Source: Nitrospirota bacterium (lineage in GTDB: Bacteria > Nitrospirota > Nitrospiria > Nitrospirales > NS-4). Taken from it: a DNA stretch of 64,000 nucleotides. Numbering within the stretch: the stretch's first letter is position 1; each line of letters starts with the position of its first letter. The stretch covers positions 380,949-444,948 of the forward strand of contig CAWBGA010000001.1 of assembly GCA_963788195.1 (NCBI GenBank), written 5' to 3'. Below, in pieces: positions 1 through 11,880 of the stretch. A program made the translations under genes and the position numbers. The notes beneath the pieces are model-generated. The model had not been told where the DNA came from. It saw only the letters and a program-made list of their open reading frames with translations, and made no database searches.

Positions 1-2
1 TC

Positions 3-953
3 ATGGAGAATCGGCATCTCTGGCTTCGCTCGCACCGTCAACATGCCATTCTTCGTATTCGGCACGAAATTATCAGGGCCTCCCGCAATTTCTTTGATGA
101 GAGGGGATTTGTTTTGGTTGACACGCCGATCTTCACACCCAATGCCTGTGAAGGAACGACGACGCTCTTTGAGACCGATTATTTTGGCGAGAAAGCCTAC
201 CTCACACAGAGCGGTCAACTCTATAACGAAGCGACGGCGGCTGCCTTCGGTAAAGTCTATTGCTTCGGTCCGACATTTCGTGCCGAAAAATCCAAGACCC
301 GTCGCCATCTCATGGAATTTTGGATGATTGAACCTGAAGTAGCGTATGCAGAACTGCAGGACATGATGATCCTGGCCGAAGAGTTTTTAAGCTTCATCGT
401 CGCCTCGGTTCTGAAAGCGCGAAAAGAGGAACTGAAAGTACTAGAACGAGACATAAAGAGGCTTGAAGCTGTATCGCCCCCATTTCCGCGATTGACGTAT
501 CATGATGCCGTAGAACGACTCCGCAAGCACGGTAACCCAATCCAACCCGGAGAAGACTTTGGCGGCGATGAGGAGACGATTCTGTCCAATGAATTCGACC
601 GCCCGGTCATCATACATAGATACCCCAAGTCGATTAAGGCCTTTTACATGGAGGAGGATCCGCAAAATTCAGAATTGTCGCTCTGTATGGATGTGCTGGC
701 CCCCGAGGGCTATGGTGAAATCATCGGCGGCGGACAGAGAATTCATGACTATGACAAGCTTGAAGGACGCTTGAAAGAGCACCATCTCTCTGAAGAGTCC
801 TTCAAATGGTATCTGGATTTACGAACATTCGGCTCAGTGCCTCATGCAGGATTCGGGATGGGAATAGAGCGGGCCGTGTCATGGATCTGCGGTCTCGAAC
901 ACGTGCGCGAGACAATTGCCTTCCCACGCATGCTGTATCGTATTTATCCCTAA
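3..953 (+). CDS. asnS: Asparagine--tRNA ligase, 5'-truncated at window edge
   Basis: Class IIb aaRS motifs: [51 protein letters not shown]. Confidence 0.93.
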   Translation: MENRHLWLRSHRQHAILRIRHEIIRASRNFFDERGFVLVDTPIFTPNACEGTTTLFETDYFGEKAYLTQSGQLYNEATAAAFGKVYCFGPTFRAEKSKTRRHLMEFWMIEPEVAYAELQDMMILAEEFLSFIVASVLKARKEELKVLERDIKRLEAVSPPFPRLTYHDAVERLRKHGNPIQPGEDFGGDEETILSNEFDRPVIIHRYPKSIKAFYMEEDPQNSELSLCMDVLAPEGYGEIIGGGQRIHDYDKLEGRLKEHHLSEESFKWYLDLRTFGSVPHAGFGMGIERAVSWICGLEHVRETIAFPRMLYRIYP

Positions 954-1013
954 GCAATAAACACCCCATTCGCGCTCTTGCCGTTTCGGTTGCACCCACA
1001 CCGCTTCGAAAAG

Positions 1014-1022
1014 TTATCCACA
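1014..1022 (+). promoter_or_regulatory. Perfect DnaA box upstream of dcw promoter
   Basis: TTATCCACA, intergenic, about 55 bp upstream of the -35 element. Confidence 0.6.
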
Positions 1023-1077
1023 GGAAGGAGCGGTGCTCTATACTTTCGATATGTCTAGGTAAATACTGTTTTTAATC

Positions 1078-1105
1078 TTGACATCTTCTCTGGAAAGCCT
1101 ATACT
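1078..1105 (+). promoter_or_regulatory. Sigma70-type promoter of the dcw operon
   Basis: TTGACA (1078-1083), 16-bp spacer, TATACT (1100-1105). Confidence 0.75.
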
Positions 1106-1115
1106 CCAAAAAGTT

Positions 1116-1141
1116 AGTGGGTGAAAGTGGGAATGAGTGGA
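1116..1141 (+). promoter_or_regulatory. Three MraZ-binding boxes
   Basis: AGTGG at 1116, 1126 and 1136, exact 10-bp period, just downstream of the -10; matches the known GTGG/TGGG-repeat MraZ operator pattern. Confidence 0.8.
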
Positions 1142-2051
1142 AGGTGAAACGAAATTACATCGGCCAGTTATGCTCGCGGAAGTTCTTGACTGGCTGCAGC
1201 CTCGCCCGGGTGCGATCTATCTGGATGGAACGGTCGGAGAAGGAGGTCACAGCGAAGCGATCCTGCAGGCTTCCAGTCCAACCGGCCGACTGGTGGGATT
1301 TGACCGAGACGCCGAGGCAATTGCAGCGGCCCAACATGCGCTGCAATCCTATGGCGGGCGGGCTATGTTGATTCATGCCTCTTACCGAGAAGCAGGGACC
1401 GTCCTTCGAGATATGGGCATTGTCGGTGTGGACGGGGCGCTTCTTGATCTCGGAGTCTCTTCGCGGCAGCTCGATACCTCGGCTCGCGGATTCAGTTTCC
1501 AAACCCAGGGTCCACTGGATATGCGGATGAATCCGCATGATTCGCTGACGGCGGCGGACCTTGTCAACCGTCTGCCCGAGACGGAGCTGGCTCGAATTCT
1601 TTACGAGTATGGAGAGGAGCGCTATTCACGGCGGATCGCGCGCGCGATTATTCGCCGGCGTCAAAGCGGTGCTATTCTCACGACCCTGGCTCTTGTCGAT
1701 GTGATTCGCAGCGCTGTTCCGCACGTCTATGTCCACGGCCGACTCCACTTTGCCACCCGAACCTTCCAAGCTCTTCGGATCGCCGTGAACCATGAGCTCG
1801 AAGAACTTGTGTCATCTGTGGGGATGTTGGCACGCCTCCTCTGTCCCGGCGGGCGGCTGGTCATTCTGTCGTTTCATTCCCTCGAAGACCGGATTGTGAA
1901 GCAAGAATTTCGAGAGCTTGCCCGCGATCCCAGCGGCGAATTTTTGATTCTTACAAAGCGCCCCATCCCGTCATCCCATGAGGAGAGCCTCGCGAACCCA
2001 AGAGCGCGAAGCGCCAAGTTGCGGGTGCTCGCACGAAAGGAGGCAGCATGA
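1137..2051 (+). CDS. rsmH: 16S rRNA m4C1402 methyltransferase
   Basis: HRPVM, DGTVGEGGHS, DLGVSSRQLD, PLDMRM, HFATRTFQALRIAVN, SFHSLEDRIVK, NPRARSAKLR. Confidence 0.97.
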   Translation: MEGETKLHRPVMLAEVLDWLQPRPGAIYLDGTVGEGGHSEAILQASSPTGRLVGFDRDAEAIAAAQHALQSYGGRAMLIHASYREAGTVLRDMGIVGVDGALLDLGVSSRQLDTSARGFSFQTQGPLDMRMNPHDSLTAADLVNRLPETELARILYEYGEERYSRRIARAIIRRRQSGAILTTLALVDVIRSAVPHVYVHGRLHFATRTFQALRIAVNHELEELVSSVGMLARLLCPGGRLVILSFHSLEDRIVKQEFRELARDPSGEFLILTKRPIPSSHEESLANPRARSAKLRVLARKEAA

Positions 2052-2353
2052 AGATCCTGATCGGCACATTGCTGTGGGTCCTCGCGCTGGTTGCTGTCTG
2101 TGAGAAAGTGGATGTCTACCGCACCGGGTATGCGATTGAGCAACTGCGCGCGGAGAAAAAGAAGGCGCAGCAGGAACAGCGGTCCCTGGAGCTGGAGCTG
2201 GCCAGAGTCACCGCGCCCGAGCACATCGAGCGAGTGGCGGCGACCAAGCTTGGCATGGTGCGACCGCGGTATGATCAGGTCGTATTGGTCGGGCCCCGTC
2301 CCAAACCACTGAGCCCGGGAGCGCTGCCCGTAGCGCATCTTGCCTCGCATTGA
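2048..2353 (+). CDS. ftsL: Cell division protein FtsL
   Basis: N-terminal TM segment, coiled coil, IERVA..KLGM motif; lies between rsmH and ftsI. Confidence 0.85.
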   Translation: MKILIGTLLWVLALVAVCEKVDVYRTGYAIEQLRAEKKKAQQEQRSLELELARVTAPEHIERVAATKLGMVRPRYDQVVLVGPRPKPLSPGALPVAHLASH

Positions 2354-2366
2354 GGGATTATCAGGT

Positions 2367-4248
2367 ATGATTGAGCCTCGAGAGAGACGAGGGCGCTTCA
2401 TCGTCGCCGGCGTGATAGTCGGCCTCGGCTTCTTCGTGGTTCTTGCGCGGCTGTTTCAGTTGCAAGTAATTCAGGCCGCAGATCTGGAGCAGAAGGCAGG
2501 GCGCCAACATCATAGAGTCCTTACGGTCGAAGGCGGGCGAGGCACAATCTACGACCGTGGCGGCAAAATCCTCTCTATGAATCTGGATGTGCCCTCCGTC
2601 TTCGGAGAGCCACGGGCAATCGCAGATGCCCAGAAGACAGCCTCCCGGCTGGCTGGAGTGCTCCTTGCCGATGTGGGGCAGTTGGAAGCCAAGCTTAAGA
2701 CCGGTCGCGGCTTTGTCTGGCTCGAGCGGCGGCTGGCCCCGGAAAAAGCGGAACGGTTGCGGGCGTTGTCGCTGCCGGGAATCGGATGGATCCCGGAGGG
2801 GCGCCATTTCTATCCCAACGGCTCGTTGCTCGCGCATGTATTGGGCTTTGCGAATATTGATAACGACGGCCTCGAGGGATTGGAGCGACGATATGACGGC
2901 CATCTCAGAGGCGAGCGAGGACATTTTATTGTCGAGCAGGATGCCCTGGGAGGCGCGGTGTTTCCCAAAGGGTTGAACTACTCCGCGCCGTCTGCCGGGA
3001 AAGGATCTCATTCTCACGGTCGACGAGGTCATTCAATACATCGCAGAGCAGGAACTTGACCAGGCCGTCACCAAGACGCGGGCAGGAGCCGGCATAGTGA
3101 TTGTAAGTAAGCCGAAAACCGGCGCTATTCTCGCGTTGGCCGTGCGGCCGACCTTTGACCCCAATCGCCCCGGCACAGACCCGAGCCTCTGGAGAAACCG
3201 GGCCATCGCGGATAACTATGAACCGGGCTCGACATTTAAGATAGTCACCGCGGCCGCGGCTCTCGAAGAACACCTGTTCTCACCCGGCGATCTCGTCTAC
3301 GGCGAAGACGGTAAATATTCCGTAGAAAACACGGTCGTCCATGATCATCACAAACACGGCTGGATGACTTTTGCGCGAGGTCCTTCAAAAGTCGAGCAAT
3401 ATCGGCATTATCAAAGTCGGCCAACGTCTGGGGGCTGCGAAGCTCGCAGAGTATGTCACCGCTTTCGGCTTCGGTCAAAAGACGGAAGTTGATCTGCACG
3501 GCGAAGTTCGAGGATTGACAAAGGAGCAGCAAGACTGGGGACGTCGTTCCCTTGCTTCCATCTCCATGGGGCAAGAGGTGGGAGTTACGGCCATGCAAAT
3601 GGTATCGGCCGCGTCAGTGATTGCCAACGGCGGATGGCTCATGCGCCCCTATCTTGTCTCAGAGATCAAAGCCCCCTCGGGGCATACCATTGCCCACGTG
3701 GCGCCGACCGTCCGTCGACGTGTGATCTCTTCCACGACTTCCGCTTGATGATTGATATTTTACGAGGGGTCGTGCTTCCCGGTGGCACCGGGACCCTGGC
3801 GGCTGTTCCTGGCTACGACGTTGCGGGTAAGACCGGCACCGCCCAAAAAATCGATCCGAGCACAGGCCGGTATTCAACTACGAGAACCGTGGCGTCGTTT
3901 GTCGGCTTTCTTCCTGCTCACGATCCGCTGCTGACAATCCTTGTAGTGATAGATGAACCCAAGACGGAGCAGTGGGGCGGGACGGTGGCGGCGCCTGTCT
4001 TTCAGAGGATCGCGGCCCAATCAGTGAGGCATCTCGGCATTGCGCCTTGGGGCGTAGGGGGAGATCCCCTGCCCCTGCGAGCCGGCATCGCTTCTGAACC
4101 TCGCAGTGAAAAGGAGGGGATGGGAGTGGCGGTGGGACTACACCCGACGTCACCCCCAGCCACCCCGGCCCCCGCCGAGACGGGGGCCTTTTCCCGTGGC
4201 CTGAAATCTGCCAAGACAGATTTCTTTTCCCCTGATGGCATGCGATGA
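2367..4248 (+). CDS. ftsI: Class B penicillin-binding protein FtsI/PBP3 (apparent frameshifts at about 3000, 3370 and 3745)
   Basis: RGTIYDR, R.YPNG, GLEGLE, EPGSTFK (SxxK), SSN (SxN) and GKTGTAQK spread over ORFs 2340, 3097, 3371 and 3634. Confidence 0.93.
4139..4234 (+). repeat. Two hairpin elements of the dispersed family, in frame in the ftsI 3' end
   Basis: GGCCCCCG-CCGAGA-CGGGGGCC-TTTTCCCGTGG then GAAATCTG-CCAAGA-CAGATTTC-TTTTCCCCTG. Confidence 0.9.
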
Positions 4249-5737
4249 AGCTTTCCGAACTCATGATTACGTTGCCTGAGGCCATCGCACACGGGAACCT
4301 GAATGCCGAGGTGACCGGCCTGACAGACGATTCTCGACACGTCAAGCCGGGCGTGTTGTTTGTAGCGGTCAAAGGTACCAAGTCGGACGGGCATTTGTAT
4401 CTGAAACAGGCGGCGGCGGCCGGTGCGTCGGGTTTGGTCATCGAGTCCGGGCGGGCTGTCGCTGGTCGGTTGGCTGACTTGAATGTCCCGGTGATTGAAG
4501 CACCGAATACTCGACGGTTCCTGGGCGCCGTGGCAAGCCGTTTTTATGGAAACCCGGCCTCGCGGCTGAGAATGATCGGCATTACCGGCACGAACGGAAA
4601 GACCACGACGACGTATGTGTGCAAAGCCATCCTCGATTCGGCGGGGCGGCGCGCCGGACTCATCGGGACTGTGAGTTACCTCATAGGAGATAAGCAGATT
4701 CCGGCGAGCCATACGACTCCGGGGGCGCTGGAACTGCAGGCCTTGCTGCAGAAAATGTCGGATGGCGGACTCGATACTGTCATCATGGAAGTGTCGTCGC
4801 ATGCGCTCGCGTTGGATCGCACGTCGGGGTGCGTGTTCGAGGCCGCAGTGTTTACGAATCTGACGCAGGACCATCTTGATTTTCATACCGACATGGAGGA
4901 TTACTTCCAGGCGAAGCTCCGGCTGTTTACCGGTCTGGAGGCAAAGGGTCGCGCCATTGTGAATGCGGATGATCCCTACGGGGCGCGTATCGCGGCCGGG
5001 TCTGCCGCTCCGGTCTGGATGTATGCGATTGACCGGCCTGCAGACATCCGGGCGGAAGCCGTGCGGATTACTCTTGGAAGGCGTGGATTTCCTGGCGCGC
5101 ACACCTGCGGGGCCGGTGGAGATTCACTCAGGCCTTGTCGGGCGGCACAATGTGTACAACATCCTGGCCGCGATCGGCGTAGGTCTGCAACAGGGCCTAT
5201 CGCTCCCGGCCATTGCGCGCGGGGATCTCCGGGCTGGTCAATGTGCCTGGGCGTTTTGAAAGGGTCGAGGCAGGGCAACCCTTCACCGTCATCGTCGATT
5301 ATGCGCATACCGACGATGCGCTGTATCGGCTCCTATCGACCGCGCAGGCAGTGAAGACAGGGCGGGTCATTACCGTATTTGGCTGTGGTGGTGATCGGGA
5401 CCGCGGCAAGCGTCCGAAAATGGGAAGGGTCGCGGCCACCTATAGCGATGTAGTGGTCGTGACATCCGATAATCCGAGAACGGAAGATCCGAGAGCGATC
5501 ATCAGGGACATCGAGCCCGGCGTCAAGGCGGGTCTAAGTGAAACGGGCCGGGGTCGGTACATCATACGGCCCGACCGACGGGAGGCGATTACAACCGCGT
5601 TACAAGAGGCGCGGGCCGGCGATCTTGTACTCATCGCAGGCAAAGGGCATGAGGACTATCAGGTGATCGGGACGACGAAACATCCATTTGATGATCGAGT
5701 CGTGGCGCGAGAAATTCTGCAAGGCTTCAAGAGCTAA
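4245..5737 (+). CDS. murE: UDP-MurNAc-tripeptide synthetase, mDAP type (frameshifted about 5080-5220)
   Basis: [53 protein letters not shown]. Confidence 0.95.
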
Positions 5738-5738
5738 G

Positions 5739-7147
5739 GTGGCACTGTTTACCCTTGCACAAGTCGCCGGGATCACGAGGGGGCATATGGCGACGAGTCG
5801 ACCGGCTGATCTGCAGAAAGCCGGTCCGCCGGGTCTGGACCGATTCGCGAACGTGTCGCCGAGGCGATCTCTTTGTCGCGCTTCCCGGGCCGCGCTTCGA
5901 TGGGCATCATTTTGTACGGGCGGCGCGAAAGAAGGGGGCCGTCGCCGCCTGTTGTACACGGCCAGATCAATCAGGGACATAGACGTGCCGGTGGTATACG
6001 TGAAAGATACATTGCAAGCCTTTCAGGAATTGGCGGCGGCGCACCGACGCCGGTTCACGATTCCCGTTGTGGCCGTCAGCGGCAGCAACGGGAAAACGAC
6101 CACGAAGGAGATGATCGGCCGGGTTCTTTCCGAGCGTTTTAAGACCCTCGTCACGTAGGCGAATTACAATAATCATATCGGTGTTCCCCAGACCTTGCTT
6201 CGGTTAACGGCTCGCCACCAGGCGGCGGTCGTCGAGATGGGAATCAGCGGACTCGGGGAAATGAGCCGCCTCTGTGAGATTGCGGCGCCGACGCACGGCG
6301 TCTTAACGAATATCGGGCCCACCCATCTCGCGACTCTTGGCACGACACGAAACCGTGGCGCGCGCGAAAGGGGAGCTGGTCAAGAGCCTGCCTGCGGACG
6401 GCACCGCGATCCTCAATGCGGATGACCCTTACTTCAAGCAGCTTTCGAGTTGGGCCAACGGCCCGGTGCTCTCCTTCGGGTTTTCCCCGCGCGCGAAGGT
6501 CCGGGCGCTGCGGGTTCGCTCAAAAAACGCCCTGGCATCGACCGTGTTTGTGAAGGTTCCGGGGCGACGTTCCTTCAGCATCAACCTGCGTGTGGCGGGG
6601 CGCCATAATATCGCGAACGCGCTGGCAGCGGTGGCCGCCGGGACGGCCCTGGGGGTGGGAGTCAAGAGGATCCAAGCCGGGCTCGCTCGCTACCGCGCGG
6701 GCGCCATGCGATCCGAAGTCCTTCGCAGGCGGGGGATCACGATCCTTAACGATTGTTACAATGCGAACCCGACCTCGGTCCGCGCGGCGCTCGAATGGTT
6801 ACGGGAGATGAAAGGGGCCGGCCGTAGTTTCGCCGTCCTGGGCGAAATGCTCGAGTTAGGGGAGCGAGAGGCAGCGATCCATCACGAGATGGGGCGGACG
6901 GTGGCGGCCGGCGCGGATTATCTATTGACAATGGGAACGCTGGGAGCTGAACTTGCCGCCGGCGCGCTCGCGGGAGGCATGAGGCCGTGATCATGTCGTG
7001 CTGGCAAAAGAGCATCAACGAGCTCGCGGCAGCGACTCCGGGACTTTCTGCGCCGCAGGGGGATGTGGTGCTCTTAAAGGCTCGCGTGCTGCCAGAATGG
7101 AACGCGTGTTGGAACAACCTGTGATGAGGGAAGCGAGGGGCGAATAA
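5739..7147 (+). CDS. murF: UDP-MurNAc-pentapeptide synthetase (several frameshifts and one in-frame TAG at 6156)
   Basis: VSGSNGKTTTKEM, NYNNHIGVP, EMG, NDCYNANP, LGEMLELG, LKGSR. Confidence 0.92.
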
Positions 7148-8228
7148 TGCTCTATCTCCTGCTCTATCCGCTCCATACCCAATTCTCCGATCTTCAACGT
7201 CTTTCGCTATCTGAGTTTTCGCATTATCTACGCCGCCATCACCGCCTTTTTGATTGCGTTTGTCCTCGCGCCCTCCACTGATCCGGCAACTGCAAAGCTA
7301 TGGAATCGGGCAGAAGATCCGTGACGACGGTCCGAGCCATCACCAGGTGAAAGGCGGCACGCCCACGATGGGCGGCATCCTGATACTCTTCGCCGTGGTG
7401 ATGGCGACTTTGCTGTGGACTGATTTGAGGACTCCGTATGTGTGGCTCGCGCGTGTCCGCGATGGTAGGGTTCGGCGCAATCGGTCTCGTTGGATGACTA
7501 TCTGAAGTATTCCCGTGGCAAGAACCAAGGATTGACGGCTGCTGCAAAAGATCGGCGGGCAGGTGGCAGTGGCTCTGGCCATCAGCGGCGTATTGTATTT
7601 CCTGCCGGCGTATTCCACCAAACTCAGCGTGCCTTTCTTCAAGAGCTTCACTCCTGACCTCGGTCCCCTCTATATTCTCTTTGCGGTGCTCGTGATCGTG
7701 GGCGCGTCCAATGCGGTCAATCTCACGGACGGCCTGGATGGCCTGGCGATCGGTCCGGTGGTGATCGCGTCGATGGCCTATACCGTTGTCGCCTATATGG
7801 CGGGGAACCGAATCTTCGCCGACTACCTCTTAATTCCTTATATCGAAGGAGCCGGCGAACTCGCGGTCTTCACGGGATCTATTTTCGGCGCGAGCCTGGG
7901 CTTTCTGTGGTTCAACACATACCCCGCCTCGGTCTTCATGGGCGATGTCGGCTCGCTGCCATTGGGAGCGGCCCTTGGGACCGTCGCGGTCATTAGCAAG
8001 CAGGAGTTGCTCCTGATCCTGGTCGGGGGTGTCTTCGTCATCGAAGCCTTGTCGGTCATTTTTCAGGTCGTCTCGTACAAGTCCCGGGGCAAGCGGGTGT
8101 TCCTGATGGCTCCGATCCATCATCATTTCGAGCTGAAGGGCTGGGAAGAGCCCAAGGTCGTGGTCCGACTGTGGATCCTCGCGGTCCTGTTGGCGCTCTT
8201 CAGTTTGAGCACCTTGAAGTTGCGATGA
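7147..8228 (+). CDS. mraY: Phospho-MurNAc-pentapeptide translocase (frameshifted in the 5' half)
   Basis: [35 protein letters not shown]. Confidence 0.96.
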
Positions 8229-8237
8229 GAGCATGCC

Positions 8238-9616
8238 ATGAGCGACGGGCTTCATCTAGAGCTGCAGGGAAAGCGGGTGGCGGTTATCGGCCTCGGCCGG
8301 AGCGGACAGTCTGCTCTCAGGTTGCTGACGGCTCTGGGGGCCCACGTCGCCGTTGCCGACCAGAAGCCGGCATCAGAACTGGCGGCAATCATGACCGATC
8401 TCACAGGAATCACTGTCGAAGTGTTCGGCGATGGTCAATATGAGCAGGCCTTGCAGGGATCGGATCTGGTGCTCCTCAGCCCCGGCGTGCCGATGGCGCT
8501 GGCGCCGCTGAAACAAGCTCTTCATGCGGGCATCCGGGTCATCGGCGAACTCGAATTGGCGTCCCGCTATCTTTCCGGCCGGCTCATCGCCATTACAGGG
8601 ACGAATGGCAAAAGCACCACCATCACCTTGGTCGGGCAACTCCTCAGCGCCGCAGGATTTGACGCGTTCGTCGGCGGCAATCTGGGCACTCCCTTAGCCG
8701 ATGCGGCCCTGGCCTCTCTGGAGGGGCACCGCTGGGATTTCGTCGTCGCCGAGGTCTCGAGCTTTCAATCGGAAACGATTGAGACATTTCATCCCTGGAT
8801 CGGCGCTATTCTCAATATCACGCCGGATCATCTGGATCGGTATCTTTCGTTGAAAGACTATGCCGCCGCCAAAGCGAGGATGTTTGAGAACCAAACCGCC
8901 GAAGACTTCTGCATCCTCAATGCCGATGACGCCGGGCTCCTCAAGTTCCCGCCCGCCTCATTAGGCACGCCGATACGGTTTAGCCGCACAAGAGCCGTCG
9001 GGGAAGGGGTGTTTGTGCAGGGTGAGGCGGTGATGACGAATCTGCGACAGCGAGCTTGAGGAAGTTGTTCGGATAACGGAATTACAGATCCAAGGAAGCC
9101 ACAATCTTGAGAATGTGATGGCGGCCACCGCTGTCGCCCTGCTGTGTGGCTGCCCAATGAGTACGATCCAGCGGACTCTGCGAGAGTTCCGCGGACTGGA
9201 GCATGTCATGGAGGTCGTGCGCATCGTGCGCGATGTGACCTACATCAATGACTCAAAGGGCACGAATGTGGACGCCACGGTCAAAGCGTTGGAAAGCCTT
9301 TCCGGGCCGGTGATTCTCATCGCGGGCGGACGCGAGAAAGGCGGGCAGTATCCCGGCCTTGTGGAGGCGGTTCGCGGCAAGGCCAAGCAGGTCATTCTGA
9401 TCGGGGAGGCACGCGTCCGCTTACGCGAGCTTCTTAAAGAAGCCGCGGTGGTGAGTGAGGCCGACCAGTCTTGCTGAGGCTGTCCGGCAGGCCGCGTCTC
9501 TCGCGGTCGCCGGTGATACCGTTCTTCTGTCGCCCGTCTGCGCCAGCTTCGATATGTTTCAGGACTACAAAGACCGCGGACGCCAGTTTAAGGAGCGGGT
9601 GCATGAGCTGGCGTGA
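8238..9616 (+). CDS. murD: UDP-MurNAc-L-Ala:D-Glu ligase (frameshifted about 9050 and 9470)
   Basis: GLGRSG, SPGVP, ITGTNGKST, EVSSFQ, LNITPDHLDRY, NDSKGTN, SPVCASFDMF. Confidence 0.95.
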
Positions 9617-10756
9617 CTCACACACACTGAGCCTGTATCGATCCGATGCCACTCCGGCGCGCTCACAAAGAGGGGACCGGATCGTCATTGTCCTCGCGAT
9701 CATTTTGATCGCCGTCGGGATCGGAATGATCTACAGCGCGAGCGCGGTCATGGCTCAGAAACGGTTTGGCGATTCAGCGTATTTTCTCAAGCGCCAATTG
9801 TTGTGGCTTGTGGTCGGAATGATCCTTCTGGTGATAGTGGCCAGCTCCGATCTACAAACGCTCAGGGCGTGGGCAATACCGGTTCTGCTGATCGGCGTGG
9901 TCGCGTTAGTCGTGGTGTTGCTTCCGATGATCGGCATGAGCGTCAAAGGCGCGCGCCGTTGGTTGAGGCTGGGGGCATATACCCTTCAGCCGGCTGAGCT
10001 CGTCAAAGTCGGGGTGCTGTTGTACCTCGCGCACTACCTGGCCAAGAAAGGCGATCGGATCGAGATATTCGCTTCCGGCTTTCTGCCGCCATTGTTGGTA
10101 GTCGGCCTCGTGGTGGGGCTGATCTTACTGGAACCGGATCTAGGGACCGCGGCTGTCATCGGACTGGTGACCGCTGGGTCTTTTGTTCGTCGGCGGCGCG
10201 CGTCTTGGGCATCTCGCAATGATCGGCGCTCGCGGCGCTCCCCGCGCTCTATCTTCTCATTGCGGGGGCCGGCTATCGTCGCCAACGCATGCTCAGTTTT
10301 CTGGATCCGTGGAGCGATCCTGAAGGCACCGGCTTCCAAGTGATTCAGTCCTATCTGGCGCTCGGTGGAGGAGGGCTCTTCGGCGTAGGCCTGGGCGAGG
10401 GCCGTCAAAAGCTGTTCTTTCTGCCGGAGCCCCATACGGATTTCGTCCTGTCGATGCTCGGCGAGGAACTCGGATTTCTGGGCACCGGGATCGTCGTTTT
10501 GCTGTTGGCGTTGTTTGTCATCAAGGGGTTCATGATCGCGCTCGCAGCGGAGGATCCCTTTGGGCGCTATCTAGCACTGGGTATTAGTTTTTTTGTCGCC
10601 TTTCACACATTGATCAATGTCGGGGCGATTTCCGGGCTCCTTCCGACAAAAGGATTGCCGTTGCCGTTTGTGAGTTACGGAGGCTCCTCGCTCGTGGTCA
10701 ACATGATTGGAACAGGCATGCTGATTTCGATTTCGCGTAATCGACCGCCCATCTAG
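9603..10756 (+). CDS. ftsW: SEDS peptidoglycan polymerase FtsW (frameshift about 10180-10290)
   Basis: GARRWL, QPAELVK, EPDLGT, FLPEPHTDF, PTKGLPLPFVSYGGSS. Confidence 0.95.
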
Positions 10757-10763
10757 GGCCGCC

Positions 10764-11880
10764 ATGCGAGTGATCATTGCGGCCGGCGGCACCGGAGGAC
10801 ATCTGTATCCGGGGGTGGCGATCGCTCGGGAGTTTGAACGGCAATTTGCAGCCGTCGGAGATCATCTTCGTGGGAACGACGAGAGGTCTCGAAACCAAGG
10901 TTATGAAGAGAGAGGGTTACGAGCTGGTCACGATCAAGGCGCGGGGCATCATGGGAAAAGGTCCGTTGGCGCGAATACTCGGACTCGCGGTGACTCCGCT
11001 TGGATTTGCCCAGTGCCTGGCGCTCTGCCGAAGGCGCCGCCCTGATCTTGTAATCGGCATCGGTGGCTATACCAGCCCACCGTTAATCGAGGCCGCCTTT
11101 CTGTTAGGCATCAAGCGCGCGCTGCTCGAGCCCAACGCGTACCCAGGGGTTGCGAATCGCGTGCTATCGCCTCTGGCCAATCTCATATTTGTCTCTTTTG
11201 CGGAGGCAGCTCCCTTTTTTCGATGCCGCAAAAACCCGCGTGGTCGGAACTCCTATCCGGCGGGCTTTCCTGGAGGCGATTCCCTCCAGCGAGGGGACGC
11301 CGGTCGCCGGCCGTGGCCCAGGGCTATTGATCTTGGGGGGCAGCCAAGGCGCGCGGACCATCAATCGCGCCATGACCGCCGCCTTTCCGATTCTGCTCCA
11401 GTCACACCCGGATATTCGAGTGATCCACCAAACAGGCGAGCGAGACTTTGAAGAAGTGGCCGCGGCCTATCGAGCGACTCATTCAGACACTGGGATCGGC
11501 AGTCGTCGAGCCAGAAGTGGCGCCGTTCCTGTTCGACGTGCCGCGCGCTATGAAGCAAGCCGACCTGATCATCAGCCGCTCTGGAGCCACCACGGTGGCG
11601 GAGATCACTGCATGTGGGAAGCCGTCAATCCTGATTCCATTCCCCCACGCCATTCACGGACATCAGGAGCGTAATGCGCGGGTTCTGGTGCAGGCCGGTG
11701 CGGCGGAGATGATTCTTGACGAGAGTTTGAGCGGTGACGTGGTGGCGCAAGCCGATCAGCGCCCTTCTCCGTGATCCTGACCGTCTGAATGAAATGGGAC
11801 GACAGAGCCACGCGCTTGGCCGGCCGGACGCCGCCGAGCAGGTCGTTCAGGCCTGCCGGGAAGTGGTGGGACGAGCTTAG
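10764..11880 (+). CDS. murG: Lipid I N-acetylglucosamine transferase (frameshifted)
   Basis: AAGGTGGHLYPG, GIGGY, ILGGSQGA, SRSGATT.AE, HQERNA. Confidence 0.95.

Noticed and set aside
6156..6158. In-frame TAG in murF as possible stop-codon recoding
   Set aside because: Isolated case in an error-rich region; TAG is used as a normal stop elsewhere (murC, ftsZ, divIVA).
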